From: Gammaproteobacteria bacterium
Lineage (GTDB): Bacteria > Pseudomonadota > Gammaproteobacteria > UBA4575
DNA length: 64,000 bases
Assembly (NCBI GenBank): GCA_965243395.1
Contig: CBDEUS010000001.1
Location: 896,001 to 960,000, forward strand
Direction: 5' to 3'
Made by a program: the position numbers and the translations under genes. This document shows positions 21,640-32,158 of the stretch, piece after piece. A model generated the notes under the pieces. It worked only from the letters and a program-made list of their open reading frames with translations. It searched no databases and was not told where the DNA came from. Each line of letters begins with the position of its first letter. The first letter of the stretch is position 1.

Positions 21640-24030
21640 ATGGGTGTATTAGGCGCAATACGCGTAGATGGAACGATAGATCAGATCATCTCGCAAGGAT
21701 CTGCAGGGGGCGACTACCAGAAGAACCTCGTCAAATTACAAAAGTTATCCTCAAAAGCTATTCCTAAACTAGCAGATCGTATTGATGGTGCAAATGAAGA
21801 GCAATCCAAACATATCATCAATATTTTGTCAGATTTAGCTACCCTTAAAAATGCAGAACATTTTAAACCTTTATTTTCTCACCAAAGTAATCATGTTCGT
21901 GATGGTGTAGTTGAAGCTTTATCTAAGTCTCCAGATATTGACCCAAATCGATTCGTTGATTTATTTGAAAAACAGAATGCTTCAAAACCTATGTTAATAA
22001 GTTTGCTTACTGCTCAAAAACAAAAAGTAAACGGTTCTAAGTTATTACGTTATGCCTATAAATTAGAACATAACGACCAAGCAGCATTATTTAAATTACT
22101 TGAATCAATCGCTAGTGAGACAATCGTTCCAGAATTGGTTAATCGTGTAGACACAAAAGATCCTATTATCAGAACATACATTACGAAAGTAATGGCAAAA
22201 TTTGATTTACCTAATGTCATTGACTCATTAAGTAAACTTTTATCTGATGAAAATAAAGCAGTGCGTCTTGCCGCGCTTGATGGCTTGTCTCGAGCAAATA
22301 AAATTAATGATATTGAAAAGCTTTGCAAATTAATTGGAGATCCCGATTACAAAGTTCAAAATAAGGCAATTGAAGCAATTGTCAAAGTTAATCATCCAAA
22401 AACAGTATTATATCTAATACCACATCTAAAAGATGAATCGGAGTATGTTCGCAGGGCAGCAGTTGAAGTTTTAAACGAAATCGCAAGTAAAGAATCTGTA
22501 AAAGATTTATTGAATGCCATTAAAGATGAAGATTGGTGGGTGCGTAGTCGTGCTGCTGATGCACTTGGGAAAATTGGTGGCAAACGTGTCGTACAAGCAG
22601 TTATTCAACTTATTAAAGATGATGATGAATTCATACGTCGTTCTGCAATTGAAATTATTAATGCTACTAAAGATGAGAGTACTTTTGACGCTTTAGTGCA
22701 ATCATTGGACGATTCTGACTGGTGGGTCAGAGAAAGAGCAATTGATGGTCTTGCAGAATTGGGGAATAAAAAATGCATCCCTATTTTAGTGAACATGCTC
22801 ACTAAAAATCCAGATAATGAAGCAATGGTAGTTGTTTTATTAAAAGCTTTTGCAACATTAAAAGCCGATGAGGCAGTTACGATTACAGTTAAACAATTAA
22901 AATCCAAATCAGAGAACATTATTAAAGAAGCAATTAAAACTCTGATGGTTATTACTCCAGAAGATAAAGTCGAGCTTATAGTAAAAGCAATAGATAAAGT
23001 TATTGCCGATCATTCAGAAGAAGTTCAAGAGTTAGGGCAGGAAGCCATTAATAGAATTGTTGAACAAGAACCTCCTGAATCATCAATTCAAGTGTTTAAA
23101 GACGAAGTCGATAGTATAGACGTAAGCAAAGACACAGTCACCATGAAGGGTAAAATTACTCGTGGTGATACTTCAATAGAAAGCAAAACAGTTAATCCAG
23201 ATGATTTACAGCCCGATGATATGCTGGCTGACCGTTATCGTTATATTAAGAAAATTGGTAAAGGCGCATTTGGCTCAGTATTTCTAGTTGAAGATACAAT
23301 GATTAGTGAAGAAATCATTCTCAAATTTTTAAATACTCAGTTTGTAACAGATGAAAGCATAATTAAGCGATTTATCTATGAATTACGTTTTGCACGTAAG
23401 ATTACTCATCCCAATGTGATTCGCATCTATGACATGGTGTCATTTGGTAAAGCACATGCAATTTCAATGGAATATTTCAGAAGTCATACTCTAAGTGCTG
23501 AAGTAAAAGATAAGAAGCCAATGAATATCGAAAGAGCGAAAAAATTCACATATGACGTTTGCAGCGGCATGGAGAGCGCACATGCAGTGAATGTCGTACA
23601 CCGGGATCTGAAGCCAAACAATATACTTATCAATGAAGACAATATTTTGAAAATTGTAGACTTCGGTGTTGCAGCTGCAACACAATCAACAGATACCAAG
23701 CTTACTAAAACTGGGCTGCTAGTCGGCACACCAACTTATATGGCACCCGAACAGGTACTTGGAAAAGAAGTTGATGAACGTACAGATATTTATAGTTTGG
23801 GTGCAATCATGTATGAGATGCTAACAGGAAGGCCGCCTTACTCAGGTAAAGATAGCATGTCTATTATGTATCAGCATGTACAAGGTAAAGCCGAAAAAGT
23901 TAGTGAGAAAAACGAAGAAGTATCACAAGAATTAAGCGATGTAGTCTCCAAAGCAATGAGCGTTAAGGCTGAACATCGGTTTCAAAATATGACTGAATTT
24001 AAAAACGCAGTTGAGCAGGCAAAAGTATAA
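21640..24030 (+). CDS. HEAT-repeat protein fused to a C-terminal Hanks-type Ser/Thr kinase
   Basis: Repeats such as DEDWWVRSRAADALG; kinase motifs IGKGAFG, HRDLKPNN, DFG, GTPTYMAPE; no TM segment. Confidence 0.95.
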   Translation: MGVLGAIRVDGTIDQIISQGSAGGDYQKNLVKLQKLSSKAIPKLADRIDGANEEQSKHIINILSDLATLKNAEHFKPLFSHQSNHVRDGVVEALSKSPDIDPNRFVDLFEKQNASKPMLISLLTAQKQKVNGSKLLRYAYKLEHNDQAALFKLLESIASETIVPELVNRVDTKDPIIRTYITKVMAKFDLPNVIDSLSKLLSDENKAVRLAALDGLSRANKINDIEKLCKLIGDPDYKVQNKAIEAIVKVNHPKTVLYLIPHLKDESEYVRRAAVEVLNEIASKESVKDLLNAIKDEDWWVRSRAADALGKIGGKRVVQAVIQLIKDDDEFIRRSAIEIINATKDESTFDALVQSLDDSDWWVRERAIDGLAELGNKKCIPILVNMLTKNPDNEAMVVVLLKAFATLKADEAVTITVKQLKSKSENIIKEAIKTLMVITPEDKVELIVKAIDKVIADHSEEVQELGQEAINRIVEQEPPESSIQVFKDEVDSIDVSKDTVTMKGKITRGDTSIESKTVNPDDLQPDDMLADRYRYIKKIGKGAFGSVFLVEDTMISEEIILKFLNTQFVTDESIIKRFIYELRFARKITHPNVIRIYDMVSFGKAHAISMEYFRSHTLSAEVKDKKPMNIERAKKFTYDVCSGMESAHAVNVVHRDLKPNNILINEDNILKIVDFGVAAATQSTDTKLTKTGLLVGTPTYMAPEQVLGKEVDERTDIYSLGAIMYEMLTGRPPYSGKDSMSIMYQHVQGKAEKVSEKNEEVSQELSDVVSKAMSVKAEHRFQNMTEFKNAVEQAKV

Positions 24031-25113
24031 ATGGCAAGAATAGATGCATTTTTAAAACTTGGACGTGAGCAAAGTTGCTCAGATATTCATTTGGCTGTGG
24101 GAGTTCCCCCCATGTTTCGTATGCATGGTGATTTGGTGCCTATTAAGTTCCGCGACTTAGGGGATAGTGAACTTGAAGGATATATGAGCGAAATTTTAAC
24201 AAAATCACAAAAAGAAAAATTTCGTCAAGGCGATGATTTAGACTTTTCATATATGTCAGATGGTGTTGGGCGTTTTCGTGTTAACTTATTTAGGAAAACT
24301 TCCGGAATTGGTGCAACGTTTAGACATATACCAACTGAGATTCCTGCATTTGAAACCCTAAAGCTACCTCCTGTAATTAAAACCTTTGCTGATTTTAAAC
24401 AAGGCATGGTGCTAGTAACCGGTTCAACTGGTACAGGCAAATCAACCACTTTAGCGTCGCTTATCCACCATATTAATAAAACACGTAAAGAAAATATCAT
24501 CACACTTGAAGATCCCATTGAATTTATTCATCCAAGTATGAAATCACAAGTGATCCAGCGCGAAGTGGGTACGCATTTAAATAGTTTTGGTGATGGTCTT
24601 CGCGCTTCTTTACGCCAAGACCCTGACATCATACTCGTAGGTGAGATGCGTGATTCGGAAACAATCAGCATGGCAATGCTCGCGGCTGAAACGGGTCATT
24701 TAGTATTTGGCACCCTACATACAACGTCTGCAACAAAATCAATTGATCGAATAATTGATGCGCTACCAGCGGAACAACAAGGCCAAGGAAAAATTTTCTT
24801 ATCGCAAAACTTACATGCTGTTGTCACACAAGAGTTAGTTAAAACATCTGATGGTAGAGGTCGCAGAGCAATTGTAGAAATTATGATAATGAATAATGCA
24901 ATTTCTAATTTAGTGATGACGGATAAGACTTTTCAGATTCCCAATCAAATACAAACGGGTAGTTCGATTGGCATGCAATTAAAAGATCAAGCTTTACTTG
25001 CCGCAGTACAATCAAAAGAAGTTGATCCGGATGATGCCTACTTACACGCTAACGATAAAAAAATGTTTCAGCAATTTGTTTCTGATCCAGATTTACTTCC
25101 AAAGGCTAGCTAA
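24031..25113 (+). CDS. pilT: PilT/PilU-family ATPase (paralog 1)
   Basis: SDIHL, Walker A GSTGTGKST, TLEDPIE, LRQDPDIILVGEMRD, GTLHT. Confidence 0.93.
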   Translation: MARIDAFLKLGREQSCSDIHLAVGVPPMFRMHGDLVPIKFRDLGDSELEGYMSEILTKSQKEKFRQGDDLDFSYMSDGVGRFRVNLFRKTSGIGATFRHIPTEIPAFETLKLPPVIKTFADFKQGMVLVTGSTGTGKSTTLASLIHHINKTRKENIITLEDPIEFIHPSMKSQVIQREVGTHLNSFGDGLRASLRQDPDIILVGEMRDSETISMAMLAAETGHLVFGTLHTTSATKSIDRIIDALPAEQQGQGKIFLSQNLHAVVTQELVKTSDGRGRRAIVEIMIMNNAISNLVMTDKTFQIPNQIQTGSSIGMQLKDQALLAAVQSKEVDPDDAYLHANDKKMFQQFVSDPDLLPKAS

Positions 25114-25119
25114 ATAATT

Positions 25120-26202
25120 ATGGTTGATATCGATACACTTTTAGAAATGTTAGTGGCACGCGGTGGTTCTGATTTACATCTTGTATCTAATGATCCACCT
25201 AGAATGAGAGTTTTTGGTGATTTAGAAGCTATTTCTGAGGATATTTTGAGCGCTAAAGAATTGCTTGAGCAAATGATGAATATTATGCCTATGCGTTCGA
25301 AAGCAGTGTTTGAAAAAGAAGATAATGCTGATTTTGCATACAGCATAGAAGGAACAGGTCGTTTTCGTGTGAATTCATTTAGGCATCTTAATGGGGTAGG
25401 TTGTATCTTCCGATCCATTCCTGCAGAAACAGCTTCATTAGAAGATTTAAACATGCCGGAAATTTTGGCAAGTGTTACTCGACAAAAAGCTGGCATGATT
25501 CTGGTTACAGGTAAAACAGGTTCGGGTAAGTCAACCACTCTAGCCGCAATGGTAAATGAAATTAACAACTCTTTAAAAGGGCATGTATTGACCATTGAAG
25601 ATCCGGTTGAATTCGTGCACGAGCAGAAAAACTGTTTAATGAGTCAACGAGAAGTGGGGCAACATGCAAAGTCATTTGCGAGTGCATTGCACTCTGCATT
25701 GCGTGAAGATCCAGATGTCATCTTAGTGGGTGAGATGCGAGATCTTGAGACAATGAGTTTAGCAGTAACTGCAGCAGAAACAGGGATTATGGTATTAGGC
25801 ACTTTACATACAAACAGTGCCGCATCTACGGTGGATCGAATCATTAATGCTTTCCCTACGAATAAACAAGATCATATACGTACGATGCTTTCAACCTCCT
25901 TACGTGCAGTAATTTCACAGCAACTCATTAAGACTAAAGATGGAAACGGTAGAGCTGCAGCAGTTGAAATTATGATCAATACACCTGCGATGGCTAACAT
26001 CATTCGTGAAGGTAAAACAGATCAAATAGATAACTCGATACAAGGCGGACGAAGCTTTGGCATGCAAAGCATGGATACTGCCATCAAAAAACTTCTTAAC
26101 GAAGAAAAAATAACGCCTGAAGCTGCTTTTGAAGCCGCAAATGATAAAAGTCAATTCACTAAATACTTCAAAAATACTAACACTGCGAGTCCAGCCGTAT
26201 AG
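25120..26202 (+). CDS. pilT: PilT/PilU-family ATPase (paralog 2)
   Basis: SDLHL, GKTGSGKST, TIEDPVE, LREDPDVILVGEMRD, GTLHT, AMANIIRE. Confidence 0.93.
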   Translation: MVDIDTLLEMLVARGGSDLHLVSNDPPRMRVFGDLEAISEDILSAKELLEQMMNIMPMRSKAVFEKEDNADFAYSIEGTGRFRVNSFRHLNGVGCIFRSIPAETASLEDLNMPEILASVTRQKAGMILVTGKTGSGKSTTLAAMVNEINNSLKGHVLTIEDPVEFVHEQKNCLMSQREVGQHAKSFASALHSALREDPDVILVGEMRDLETMSLAVTAAETGIMVLGTLHTNSAASTVDRIINAFPTNKQDHIRTMLSTSLRAVISQQLIKTKDGNGRAAAVEIMINTPAMANIIREGKTDQIDNSIQGGRSFGMQSMDTAIKKLLNEEKITPEAAFEAANDKSQFTKYFKNTNTASPAV

Positions 26203-26211
26203 GTTCATGCT

Positions 26212-26868
26212 GTGTTTATTCGAAAAATAATTCTAGCTAGTTTACTTTTCTTTACGACTTCTTTACTTGCGTCTGAAAGTTCTATTTCTCAAATTGAAGT
26301 CATGGCGTTATTTAAAGATAAAGCTATGGTAAGCATTGATAACGAACAACACTTGCTAAAAGTAGGCGAATCTGCCGTTGCAGGGGTACAACTGATTAAA
26401 GCTACTAGCAAATATGCGTTATTGGAAATAAACGGAAAACAAGCTAAGTATGCATTGGGTAACCGTGTGCAGGCTAGTTACTCGGTTACTGAAAAGAAAA
26501 GAGTAAATATTTATCGTAATAGTAGTGGAATGTTTAAAACTGTTGGTTCTATTAATGGTTATACGGTTGATTTTCTTGTGGATACAGGTGCTAGTGTTGT
26601 AGCATTGAATTCAACTTTAGCAAAACGCCTTGGTATACAATACAAGCTTGATGGAGAAGAGACCGTTGTTGCTACTGCATCCGGGAAAGAACTTGCATAT
26701 GCTATCGACTTAGACCAAGTAAAAGTCGGAGAAATTATGCTGAGAAATATTGATGCCGTTGTAATTGAGGGGAATGATCCTGCGACACCATTATTAGGAA
26801 TGTCTTATTTAGGACGTCTTAACATCAATAATGAAGGCCAGTTAATGAGCCTTGAAGAAAAATTTTAA
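26212..26868 (+). CDS. Exported retropepsin-like (clan AA) aspartyl protease
   Basis: Signal peptide; FLVDTGAS and LLGMSYL. Confidence 0.92.
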   Translation: MFIRKIILASLLFFTTSLLASESSISQIEVMALFKDKAMVSIDNEQHLLKVGESAVAGVQLIKATSKYALLEINGKQAKYALGNRVQASYSVTEKKRVNIYRNSSGMFKTVGSINGYTVDFLVDTGASVVALNSTLAKRLGIQYKLDGEETVVATASGKELAYAIDLDQVKVGEIMLRNIDAVVIEGNDPATPLLGMSYLGRLNINNEGQLMSLEEKF

Positions 26869-27761
26869 TGGCTAAAGACAGCAGAGACGTAACCATAATG
26901 TTCGTAGATATAGCGGGCAGTACCCGTTTGTATCAGGAATATGGTGATACGCTGGCACAAGATAGTATTGCGCGCTGTTTAATTCGAATGTCAGAAATAA
27001 TTAAGCGTCATAAAGGTACTGTCGTTAAATTCATCGGTGATGAAATACTCTGTTATCTATCAGATCCCGAACTTGCCTTTCAGGCTGCATTTAAACTACA
27101 AGAAACTGCAAAAGAAACCGTTGACCCTAATGGCGTAAGTCTAGAATTACGAATTGGCATGCATTATGGCTCTGCTATTGTTGAGCCGACGGATATGTAT
27201 GGCGATTCAGTGAATGTAACCGCTGCAATGCGTGATATAGCAAAGGGAGGGCAAATTATTGCTACTGATGCAATGGTGGAACATATTCCACCTGAAATTG
27301 CTCATTTTACACGTCGTTATGATACTTCACGCATCAAAGGACGACAGGAACAAACTGTGATTTACGAAGTAATGTGGGAAGGAGAGGCTTCTACACAAAT
27401 TCTTTCTGGAACCACAACTTTGGAAAACATGAAGTCGACTAAGTTGCAGTTATCCTTTGAAGATACGGAAATTGCACTACTCGCTAATATGCCTGCTTTA
27501 ACAATTGGCCGCGATTTAAATAGCGGAATTGTCGTCGAAGGAACATTAGTTTCAAGGCAACATGCGATTATTGAATATCGTCGTGGAAAATTCTTGATTC
27601 GTGATCAAAGCACTAATGGTACATACGTTCTCACTGAAGACGGGCGTAGTATTTATTTACGTCGTGAAGAATTTCCATTATGGGGTGAAGGTAAGATTAG
27701 TCTTGGGAAAACCATTCTCAATGATAGTGATGAAGACCTCATCCATTTTAATACTCTTTAA
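26868..27761 (+). CDS. Class III adenylate/guanylate cyclase domain plus C-terminal FHA domain
   Basis: FVDIAGST, KFIGDE, RIGMHYG, GDSVN; FHA motifs IGR, VSRQHA, STNGT. Confidence 0.93.
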   Translation: MAKDSRDVTIMFVDIAGSTRLYQEYGDTLAQDSIARCLIRMSEIIKRHKGTVVKFIGDEILCYLSDPELAFQAAFKLQETAKETVDPNGVSLELRIGMHYGSAIVEPTDMYGDSVNVTAAMRDIAKGGQIIATDAMVEHIPPEIAHFTRRYDTSRIKGRQEQTVIYEVMWEGEASTQILSGTTTLENMKSTKLQLSFEDTEIALLANMPALTIGRDLNSGIVVEGTLVSRQHAIIEYRRGKFLIRDQSTNGTYVLTEDGRSIYLRREEFPLWGEGKISLGKTILNDSDEDLIHFNTL

Positions 27762-27849
27762 TTAATTTCAACCTCCAATTCAATATAGAGCCTATTTCAA
27801 CTGAAATGGGTACAATCAGCTGATTGAGTTCATCTGATATTATAATTTA

Positions 27850-29256
27850 ATGAAAATACGTACCCGTTTTGCTCCTAGTCCCACAGGATATTTGCATATT
27901 GGAGGTGCACGAACAGCGCTCTTCAATTGGCTATATGCAAAAAAACACCAAGGCGAATACGTATTGCGTATTGAAGATACTGATAAACAACGTTCTAAAG
28001 ATGAATTCACTAAGGATATTTTAGAAAGTTTAGCGTGGCTTGGAATCCATTCAGACATTGAACCTGTATATCAATCTAAGCGTTCAGAAAAATACTCAGC
28101 AATAATTCAACAATTGCTTGATGAAGATAAAGCATACTACTGTTATTGCTCAAAGGAACGATTAGACTCGTTACGAGAGGAACAATTAAAAAACAAACAG
28201 AAACCTCGCTACGATGGGACTTGCCGAAATTTAAAGTCTCCACCTGATTCATCAATTAAACCAGTTGTACGTTTAAAGAACCCTGAACAAGGAAGTATAA
28301 CTATCCATGATGAAATACGCGGTAAAGTAATTGTCCAAAATTCTGAACTAGATGATTTAATTCTTGCACGATCGGATGGTTCAGCAACCTACCATTTAAC
28401 TGTAGTCGTAGATGATATTGATCTAAATATCACTCATATAATTCGAGGCGATGATCATTTAAACAACACATTTAGACAACATAATCTATTTTTAGCCTTA
28501 AACAAGCAGGCTCCTGTATATGCTCATATACCCCTAATTCATGGAATCGATGGTAAACGACTTTCAAAGAGGCATGGGGCTGTTTCAGTGAATCAATATC
28601 GCAAACAAGGATTTTTACCAGGCGGCTTATTAAATTATTTAGTAAGGCTAGGGTGGTCGCATGGAGATCAAGAAATTTTTACAACTGATGAGATGACTGA
28701 ATATTTCAATTTACATGCAATCCAACAGTCACCTGCAACTTTTGACATAGAAAAACTACTTTGGGTAAATCAACAACATATTAAAAATATTTCTGGCAAC
28801 GAAATAAGTGCTACTTTAGCAGAGTATTTTGATGAATCAGGAATAAAAACAGATGGACAACCCAACTTGGCGAAATTGTATGATGCACTAAAAGATCGTA
28901 GCAAGACCTTACTGGAAATTTGTGAAACAAGTGAATTTATATATAAAGATGTGTCTGAATATGATCCTAAATCTGTTAAAAAATTTTTCACGCCAAAAAG
29001 TACTGAAATATTAAATATATTAAGAAAGAAATTTACTGCAATTAATGAGTGGATAGCCAAAAATATCCATACTGAAATTAAGTTAACTGCTGATGAGCTG
29101 AATTTAAAGATGGGAAAAGTAGCTCCACCGTTGAGGTTAGCCGTTACTGGTGGGGCTAATTCGCCATCAATAGACGTAACACTTGAGCTATTAGGAAAGA
29201 AAAAAACCCTGTCACGAATTGATCAAGCAATTGAATATATTGCTACTTCAGGTTAG
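27850..29256 (+). CDS. gltX: Glutamate--tRNA ligase
   Basis: RFAPSPTGYLHIGG, LRIEDTD, RLSKR. Confidence 0.99.
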   Translation: MKIRTRFAPSPTGYLHIGGARTALFNWLYAKKHQGEYVLRIEDTDKQRSKDEFTKDILESLAWLGIHSDIEPVYQSKRSEKYSAIIQQLLDEDKAYYCYCSKERLDSLREEQLKNKQKPRYDGTCRNLKSPPDSSIKPVVRLKNPEQGSITIHDEIRGKVIVQNSELDDLILARSDGSATYHLTVVVDDIDLNITHIIRGDDHLNNTFRQHNLFLALNKQAPVYAHIPLIHGIDGKRLSKRHGAVSVNQYRKQGFLPGGLLNYLVRLGWSHGDQEIFTTDEMTEYFNLHAIQQSPATFDIEKLLWVNQQHIKNISGNEISATLAEYFDESGIKTDGQPNLAKLYDALKDRSKTLLEICETSEFIYKDVSEYDPKSVKKFFTPKSTEILNILRKKFTAINEWIAKNIHTEIKLTADELNLKMGKVAPPLRLAVTGGANSPSIDVTLELLGKKKTLSRIDQAIEYIATSG

Positions 29257-29287
29257 ATTGAGAAAATTAGACTCGTGAGAATAGATA

Positions 29288-29363
<76 letters not shown>

Positions 29364-29393
29364 AACTAATTGTGTATTGGACACTAATAACTA

Positions 29394-29621
29394 ATGCCTG
29401 CGAAACCCATCATAAATGATCGCCGCAATAAAGTAGAAAGACGCAGTATAGGTACAGCTGCACAATTTCCTATTATTACTACACAAGGTATGTGTATTCG
29501 AAAAGATCGTCGTATTACTCCAGAACGAAGAATTTCAAATATAGTCGTAAAAGAATGGAGTATTAAAAACTCAATTTTTGAAGTTTTATTTGGAGAGAAA
29601 GAAAAAGACAAAGCCAAGTAA
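29394..29621 (+). CDS. Small basic hypothetical protein with four (D/E)RR motifs
   Basis: DRR, ERR, DRR, ERR in 75 aa. Confidence 0.6.
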   Translation: MPAKPIINDRRNKVERRSIGTAAQFPIITTQGMCIRKDRRITPERRISNIVVKEWSIKNSIFEVLFGEKEKDKAK

Positions 29622-29649
29622 ATTAGTTACTTGCTTAATTGAATAAATG

Positions 29650-30390
29650 CTAAATACTTAATTGTCCTTGATGCGCAACTTTTATCGTGTCTTCACCAAT
29701 TTTTTGACCAATTAATTCAACTGTCTGCAATACATTATCAGGTGTGCGAGAGTTTCTTGAGAAGGTTAAATCTGCATTATAAAAACCACTATTAGCAATA
29801 GTTATTACACCATTCAAATCTAGTTCGCCATTTTGGTTAATTAACGATATTTGAATTCCATCTCCTTGTTGAGTAAAAACGCTATTCACATCTCCTAAAT
29901 TTAGAGGAATGAAACCCAATATGCTCGTATTAAAAGTATTTAATATGCCATTGGCATTATTTGGGAAACCATTTTTAATATGTAAATTTTCAAATTTTGC
30001 ATCAAACTGTCCGCTGATAGTTAATCCAAGTTTTTCAAAGTACGGACTTAATAGAGATAACTCACCATTGAGGTCAATATCTTCAGTAATTACTTCAGAG
30101 CTTGCAACTGTAGTTTCAAAATTACCTTTTAAATTACTTGAATTGATAGAAACATCCGCATTTACTTTGCCAACCAACAAACTAAGTGGGTTAGCTGTCC
30201 ATTTAGTATTTTGTAGACCGATTTTATCTATAACTATATTTTGTACATTTCCTTTCAACAAAGTACCACTCATACCAGCGGTTGAGATGTTGTTTGGTAA
30301 GTATTTTTCAATTATTGAAGCAGGAGCAAAGTAGGCGATTGCGCCGATAAAAATAACCAAGCCTAATAAAAATTTAATTGCAACTTTCAT
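29650..30390 (-). CDS. gspN: T2SS protein N
   Basis: N-terminal anchor, FAPA..., SGTLLKG, last gene of the gsp cluster. Confidence 0.85.
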   Translation of the reverse strand: MKVAIKFLLGLVIFIGAIAYFAPASIIEKYLPNNISTAGMSGTLLKGNVQNIVIDKIGLQNTKWTANPLSLLVGKVNADVSINSSNLKGNFETTVASSEVITEDIDLNGELSLLSPYFEKLGLTISGQFDAKFENLHIKNGFPNNANGILNTFNTSILGFIPLNLGDVNSVFTQQGDGIQISLINQNGELDLNGVITIANSGFYNADLTFSRNSRTPDNVLQTVELIGQKIGEDTIKVAHQGQLSI

Positions 30391-30412
30391 AACTACCTAA
30401 TGAAAAAATAAT

Positions 30413-30898
30413 TTACTTTGTTAATGTAACTTTACCGCTAACTTTACCTATCTGCTCGGAGCGTTCAAAAGATGCGTCTGCTACATTGATGTTATTTCGA
30501 CGATCGAGCTCACCAAGTAGCACAATCAAATAATCAAATGCAATATCTTCCACCCAAAGCTGCACACTATCATCACCTTTTGGCTCAATTCTTGTTATTG
30601 CTGGACGAATTCCCATTTGTTTTGCGCCTGTATCGACTACTGCTAATAAAGAACGGCTATCATTGCTTCGATTAAACAAATTAGGATTAATACGCTTTAG
30701 GTGTTCGACTTCTTGCTTTTTTTGCAACATCCAAACTACTGTGTCGCGCTTTGCTTCAACTCTATTTTGTTTATTATCTCTACTTGATGAAACAGGAGAC
30801 CAAATTGCGAAATATAAAATAGCAATTCCAACCAATGCGGACGCGGCAAGCACCATATAGCGTTCGCGTGTTTGTAATGTTTCCCACCAATCTTTCAT
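30413..30898 (-). CDS. gspM: T2SS protein M
   Basis: WW..LQ.RER, TM segment, IWSP, position after gspL. Confidence 0.92.
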   Translation of the reverse strand: MKDWWETLQTRERYMVLAASALVGIAILYFAIWSPVSSSRDNKQNRVEAKRDTVVWMLQKKQEVEHLKRINPNLFNRSNDSRSLLAVVDTGAKQMGIRPAITRIEPKGDDSVQLWVEDIAFDYLIVLLGELDRRNNINVADASFERSEQIGKVSGKVTLTK

Positions 30899-32148
30899 TT
30901 GAGTTCTCCTTTAACGACTACTAGCTTGGCTTCTACAGAACTCCCTTGTGTATTAGCTGATTGAATATCAGCAGTGTAGTTTTTGCTTTTTAATGACTGC
31001 TTAACAGCGTCTAATACTTGCACATCGGAAGATCTAACATTCAAGTTTAATTTCCCTTCTCGAAAATTGAGCGCATTGATATCAAATTCTCCGGCTTGTT
31101 TCATCGACTCACCACTCATAGCCAATAACTCCATAAAACCAGCTTGAGACTGTGAATTTGCAGTATCCAAAAAGTTTCTCAGTCTGGCTTCCATTTTTGT
31201 ACGTGCACTATCAGCAGTTATATTTTGCATATCTGGAAAAGTTTGTCTGGTAATCTGCACAATTTGTGCATCTAATTTTTTCTCTTGTTTGCTGAGTCGA
31301 GCATGGTCAAGGAAAACATAAATAAACGACAATGCTAACCATGCGCCAAACAGCATTGCAGCAACTTTCCAAGCTCCAAATTGGCGATGTTTTTTGTCCT
31401 TTTTCTTATAGCTTGTTTGTAAAAGATTGATGCAAGCATCTTCATCTAAACCGTCTGCAAATAATCCAGGCGGGCAATCATCTAATTCATTTGTATTAAC
31501 GGGTAAATTAAGCTTTTTAACACCAACTTGTTGATCATCGCAGCAATAAACATTGAGTTCAGCTGGCGTGACTTCCGCTTGCCTTAGCGAAGACGTAAGC
31601 ATTTGTTGTAAATTGTGCAAATCTATTGTGAAACCTTGATAATTGTCTGTACGCACTAATGCACGCTCATTTTCAATTAGTAGGGTCCAAGTACCTTCTC
31701 TGAAAGGCAGTCCAAAAACGTCAGCAGTTATTAAGTATGGATATATTCCAACATTATCAAGCTCGTCAATAATTCTATCTAAAATATGTTTTTCTATAAC
31801 TGCTACTGGAAAATCATCTTCTCCATAACGGGCGCCAAGCGCAAAGTGAAGATTCTCTACATCGTCTGCCAGTTCTTCTTCAAGAGCAAAAGGTACCGCT
31901 TTTTGTAAATGCTTTTGTTTTCTTGCTCTTGTATTTACGCTTGTAAGCAACATTTGCTCAAGTGGCAATAAGATAACTACATTAGTATTTTGTGTGACCG
32001 AAGAAACTTGGGACAAGCGTGCTTCTGCACCTCTTGTAATTGGCACTCCTTCTTCATCTAATTTGATCCACTTAACAAATTGTGATTCTTCGCTATCCAA
32101 ATTTTCAAGTAATGCACTTTGGATATATATGATTACTGTTTCTTCCAT
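30895..32148 (-). CDS. gspL: T2SS protein L
   Basis: AVPFALEEELADDVENLHFA, INLLQ, single TM segment. Confidence 0.95.
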   Translation of the reverse strand: MEETVIIYIQSALLENLDSEESQFVKWIKLDEEGVPITRGAEARLSQVSSVTQNTNVVILLPLEQMLLTSVNTRARKQKHLQKAVPFALEEELADDVENLHFALGARYGEDDFPVAVIEKHILDRIIDELDNVGIYPYLITADVFGLPFREGTWTLLIENERALVRTDNYQGFTIDLHNLQQMLTSSLRQAEVTPAELNVYCCDDQQVGVKKLNLPVNTNELDDCPPGLFADGLDEDACINLLQTSYKKKDKKHRQFGAWKVAAMLFGAWLALSFIYVFLDHARLSKQEKKLDAQIVQITRQTFPDMQNITADSARTKMEARLRNFLDTANSQSQAGFMELLAMSGESMKQAGEFDINALNFREGKLNLNVRSSDVQVLDAVKQSLKSKNYTADIQSANTQGSSVEAKLVVVKGELK

Positions 32149-32158
32149 AATGATTTCT

